A stretch of DNA of 64,000 nt. Origin: an uncultured Chloroflexia bacterium (GTDB taxonomy: Bacteria; Chloroflexota; Anaerolineae; CG2-30-64-16). Location of the stretch: the NCBI GenBank assembly GCA_963774265.1, contig CAVZDU010000001.1, positions 96,001 to 160,000 on the forward strand, given 5' to 3'. Position 1 is the first letter of the stretch; every line of letters starts with the position of its first letter. This document shows, piece by piece, positions 61,614-64,000 of this stretch. The notes beneath the pieces are model-generated. The model made no database searches, had not been told where the DNA came from, and saw only the letters and a list, made by a program, of their open reading frames with translations. The position numbers were made by a program, and so were the translations under genes.

Positions 61614-62390
61614 CTACCGCAGCTCCACGCTCACCTCCACCTGCGCCTGGACGACGATCTGGCCCAGGCTGAACTCGCTGTCTTCGATGGCCGGCGCGGA
61701 CGCGGGCGCGATCTCCTGCATCACGTTCTGCGCCTGGTTCGACGCCAGCCCACGGCTCCCCGAGCCGTAGTAGTACGACCAGGAGTTCTCCTGGATGTCG
61801 GTGACGCCGCCCGCAGTGACATTCGCGGCTGCGGCCAGCGCCCCTGCCTTCTCCAACGCGGCCTTCACCGCCATCTCGCGCGCCTGGTCGCGCAGCTCGC
61901 GCAGCCGAGTCGTGCTGAATGTCAGGTCGTCGACCGTGGTCGCACCGGCCTCCAGGCTGACCACCAGCACGTCGCTCAGCTGGCTGATATCACGCAGATT
62001 CACCTGGATGCCGTTATTGCTCCAATAACCGACGAGCGCCCGGTCGCCATACTGCCGGTAGTCGTACTCGGGCCGCAGGGTGAAGGAGTCCGTGCCGATA
62101 TCCTGGCTCGCGATCCCCTGCTTCTCGAGCGCGTCCAGCACCCGCTTGACGATCGCCACATTCTCCGCCTGCGACGCCCGCGGGGTCTTGGCGAAGGTCT
62201 GCACGCCGAACCGGATGGTCGCCCGGTCCGGCTGGACGCGGATCACCGCGGTCCCGCTGGTGTGCAGCGAGCCGGTCTTTTCCGACTGTGGGAGCGGCGC
62301 GGCCGCGACAGGTGCGGGACCCATTGGCCGCACGAACGCCGCGAGGAGCAACGCTGCGATGAATCCGATGACCGAGAGTGCCTTCTTCAT
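61614..62390 (-). CDS. SIMPL (DUF541) domain protein
   Basis: Signal peptide, VQPDRA, AREMAVKAALEKA. Confidence 0.88.
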   Translation of the reverse strand: MKKALSVIGFIAALLLAAFVRPMGPAPVAAAPLPQSEKTGSLHTSGTAVIRVQPDRATIRFGVQTFAKTPRASQAENVAIVKRVLDALEKQGIASQDIGTDSFTLRPEYDYRQYGDRALVGYWSNNGIQVNLRDISQLSDVLVVSLEAGATTVDDLTFSTTRLRELRDQAREMAVKAALEKAGALAAAANVTAGGVTDIQENSWSYYYGSGSRGLASNQAQNVMQEIAPASAPAIEDSEFSLGQIVVQAQVEVSVELR

Positions 62391-62486
62391 GCTGTCCTCC
62401 TGGATGCTTTCTGTGGATCGCACTTCCGGGGACAGCATAGCAGAGGGATATGTCAGAACCGTGGCAGGCAGGGGAACAGGAACCGA

Positions 62487-63971
62487 TCAGCCTGCGGGCA
62501 GCGAGAAGGTGACCGTCGTGCCCTCTTCGCGCCGGCTTTCGAGGCTGATGTGGCCGCCATGGGCCTCGACCAGCGCTTTAGCGATCGCCAGCCCCAGGCC
62601 CGCGCCGCTGGTGCTGCCGCGCTCGCGCTGTCGCGACCGGTCGCCCCGGTAGAAGCGCTCGAACACGCGCGGCAGGTCCTCCGGTGGAATGCCCTGACCG
62701 CAGTCCCGCACCGAGATGGTCGCGCCCTCGGGCATGGATGCAGCACGCACCGTCACCGTCCCGCCCGCGGGCGAGTATTGGAGCGCGTTGTCCAGGAGAT
62801 TGACCAGCACCTGGCGCAGGCGGTCGGGGTCCCCGCGCGCGAACACAGGCGGGCCGTCCACAACGATGGTCACATTGGCGACCTCGGCCTGCAGGGCCAG
62901 CTCGTCAGCGGTGGTGCGGGCGAGCTCGGCCAGGTCCAGCCTCTCGCTGCGGAGGCTCAGCGCCTGGCTGTCCGCGCGCGACAGCAGCAGCAAGTCGTTG
63001 ACCAGGCGGATCAGGCGGTCGGCCTGGCGCTCGATGGACGCGAGAAACCGATCGCGTGCGTCCAGGTCATCGACCGCGCCGTCGCGCAGCGTCTCGGTCA
63101 GCCCCTTGATGGCCGTGAGCGGGGTGCGCAGCTCGTGGCTGACATTGGTGACCAGGTCGGTGCGGGCCTGGAGCGTGCGGCGCAGCTCGTCACGCATGGA
63201 GCGGAAGGAGGCCGCGAGGTGGCCCAGCTCGTCGGGCGGGCCAGCCGGCAGGGGATAGTCAAAGTCGCCCTGCGCCAGGCGATCGGCCGCGGCCGTCAGC
63301 TCAGCCACGGGGCGCGCGATCGCGCGCGCCAGCAGCAGCCCTACCACGCCCGACAGCGCCAGCGCAATCGCAGCCGAGAGCGCGAGCCGGCCGCGCAGAT
63401 CGGCCAGCACCGCGGCGACGTCTCGCATCGGCTGGCTCAGGTACACCGCGCCCGTGACGCCCGCCTCCCCAGCCAACGGCACCGCCACAACCATCTCGCC
63501 GGCCGCGGCGCGTGCCTGCTCACCCCCGGCCAGGGCCGCGGCCACCAGCGGATCGCCTGCCAGGTCGCGGCCGGCCTCCGAGCCGAGGCTGTCGGCCATC
63601 ACCACGCCGTTTGCGCCGACCAGCCGAATACGCGTGTCGAGCTGCGAGCTGAGCTGGAGCGTGGCAGGGTCCAGCCCGTACGCGGCGGTCCCGGTCGCGT
63701 CGCCCTCGCGCGTCTCGCGGTTCAGCGTCTGCTGTTGCACTGCGTTGGACGCGGCGGGCAGCATTGCCTGGCTGATGTTGGAGACGGTCAGGGGTTGCGA
63801 GGCCGCGATGGCGCGCGCAGTCAGCCGGGCCTGGACCAGGAGGCTTTCCTGCATGGCCTGCTCGAAGTAACCCTGCACCAGGGAGAGCATCAGGAAGCCC
63901 AGCAGCCCCATCGCCACCGCGATCACGAGCAGGTGGCTGAGAACGAGACGGGAGGTCAGTCGATTTAGCAC
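62487..63971 (-). CDS. HAMP-domain sensor histidine kinase
   Basis: Two TMs, HAMP, VSHELRTPL, NLLDNA, GAGLGL. Confidence 0.93.
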   Translation of the reverse strand: MLNRLTSRLVLSHLLVIAVAMGLLGFLMLSLVQGYFEQAMQESLLVQARLTARAIAASQPLTVSNISQAMLPAASNAVQQQTLNRETREGDATGTAAYGLDPATLQLSSQLDTRIRLVGANGVVMADSLGSEAGRDLAGDPLVAAALAGGEQARAAAGEMVVAVPLAGEAGVTGAVYLSQPMRDVAAVLADLRGRLALSAAIALALSGVVGLLLARAIARPVAELTAAADRLAQGDFDYPLPAGPPDELGHLAASFRSMRDELRRTLQARTDLVTNVSHELRTPLTAIKGLTETLRDGAVDDLDARDRFLASIERQADRLIRLVNDLLLLSRADSQALSLRSERLDLAELARTTADELALQAEVANVTIVVDGPPVFARGDPDRLRQVLVNLLDNALQYSPAGGTVTVRAASMPEGATISVRDCGQGIPPEDLPRVFERFYRGDRSRQRERGSTSGAGLGLAIAKALVEAHGGHISLESRREEGTTVTFSLPAG

Positions 63972-64000
63972 GTTTCGCTCAGCTTGTAGCCCAGGTCACG
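63965..64000 (-). CDS. C-terminus of an OmpR-type response regulator (partial)
   Basis: RDLGYKLSETC* overlapping the kinase start. Confidence 0.6.
   Translation of the reverse strand, partial: RDLGYKLSETC

Overview
A GC-rich bacterial chromosome segment, most likely Chloroflexota (Anaerolineae-like; inferred from gene content), around the probable replication origin. It contains dnaA with a DnaA-box cluster just downstream, the rpmH-rnpA-yidD-yidC-jag-pfkB-parA-parB block, a cbpA/baeRF/clpC stress cluster, selB, phoU, hppA, kbl, glnA, hutU, hutH, two tandem RpiR regulators, many envelope glycosyltransferases, comEA, rodZ-rimO and a two-component system at the right edge. Many genes are broken by small indels that look like uncorrected long-read errors. 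The main interest is a lower-GC island of about 5.2 kb (~35.5-40.7 kb) between hutH and glnA, all on the minus strand. In order it holds a phage-type HNH pseudogene, a promoter repeat, an attI-like site, a NYN ribonuclease integron-type cassette with a degenerate attC, and a second promoter repeat. A three-gene operon follows: a zinc-ribbon/beta-repeat protein, a PD-(D/E)xK-EVE nuclease, and an Mrr_N-RuvB fragment-3x repeat-HNH chimera. The island ends with a separately promoted, structured ~360-nt region lacking a convincing ORF. This is a candidate undescribed defence module. No rRNA, tRNA or CRISPR array was recognised.
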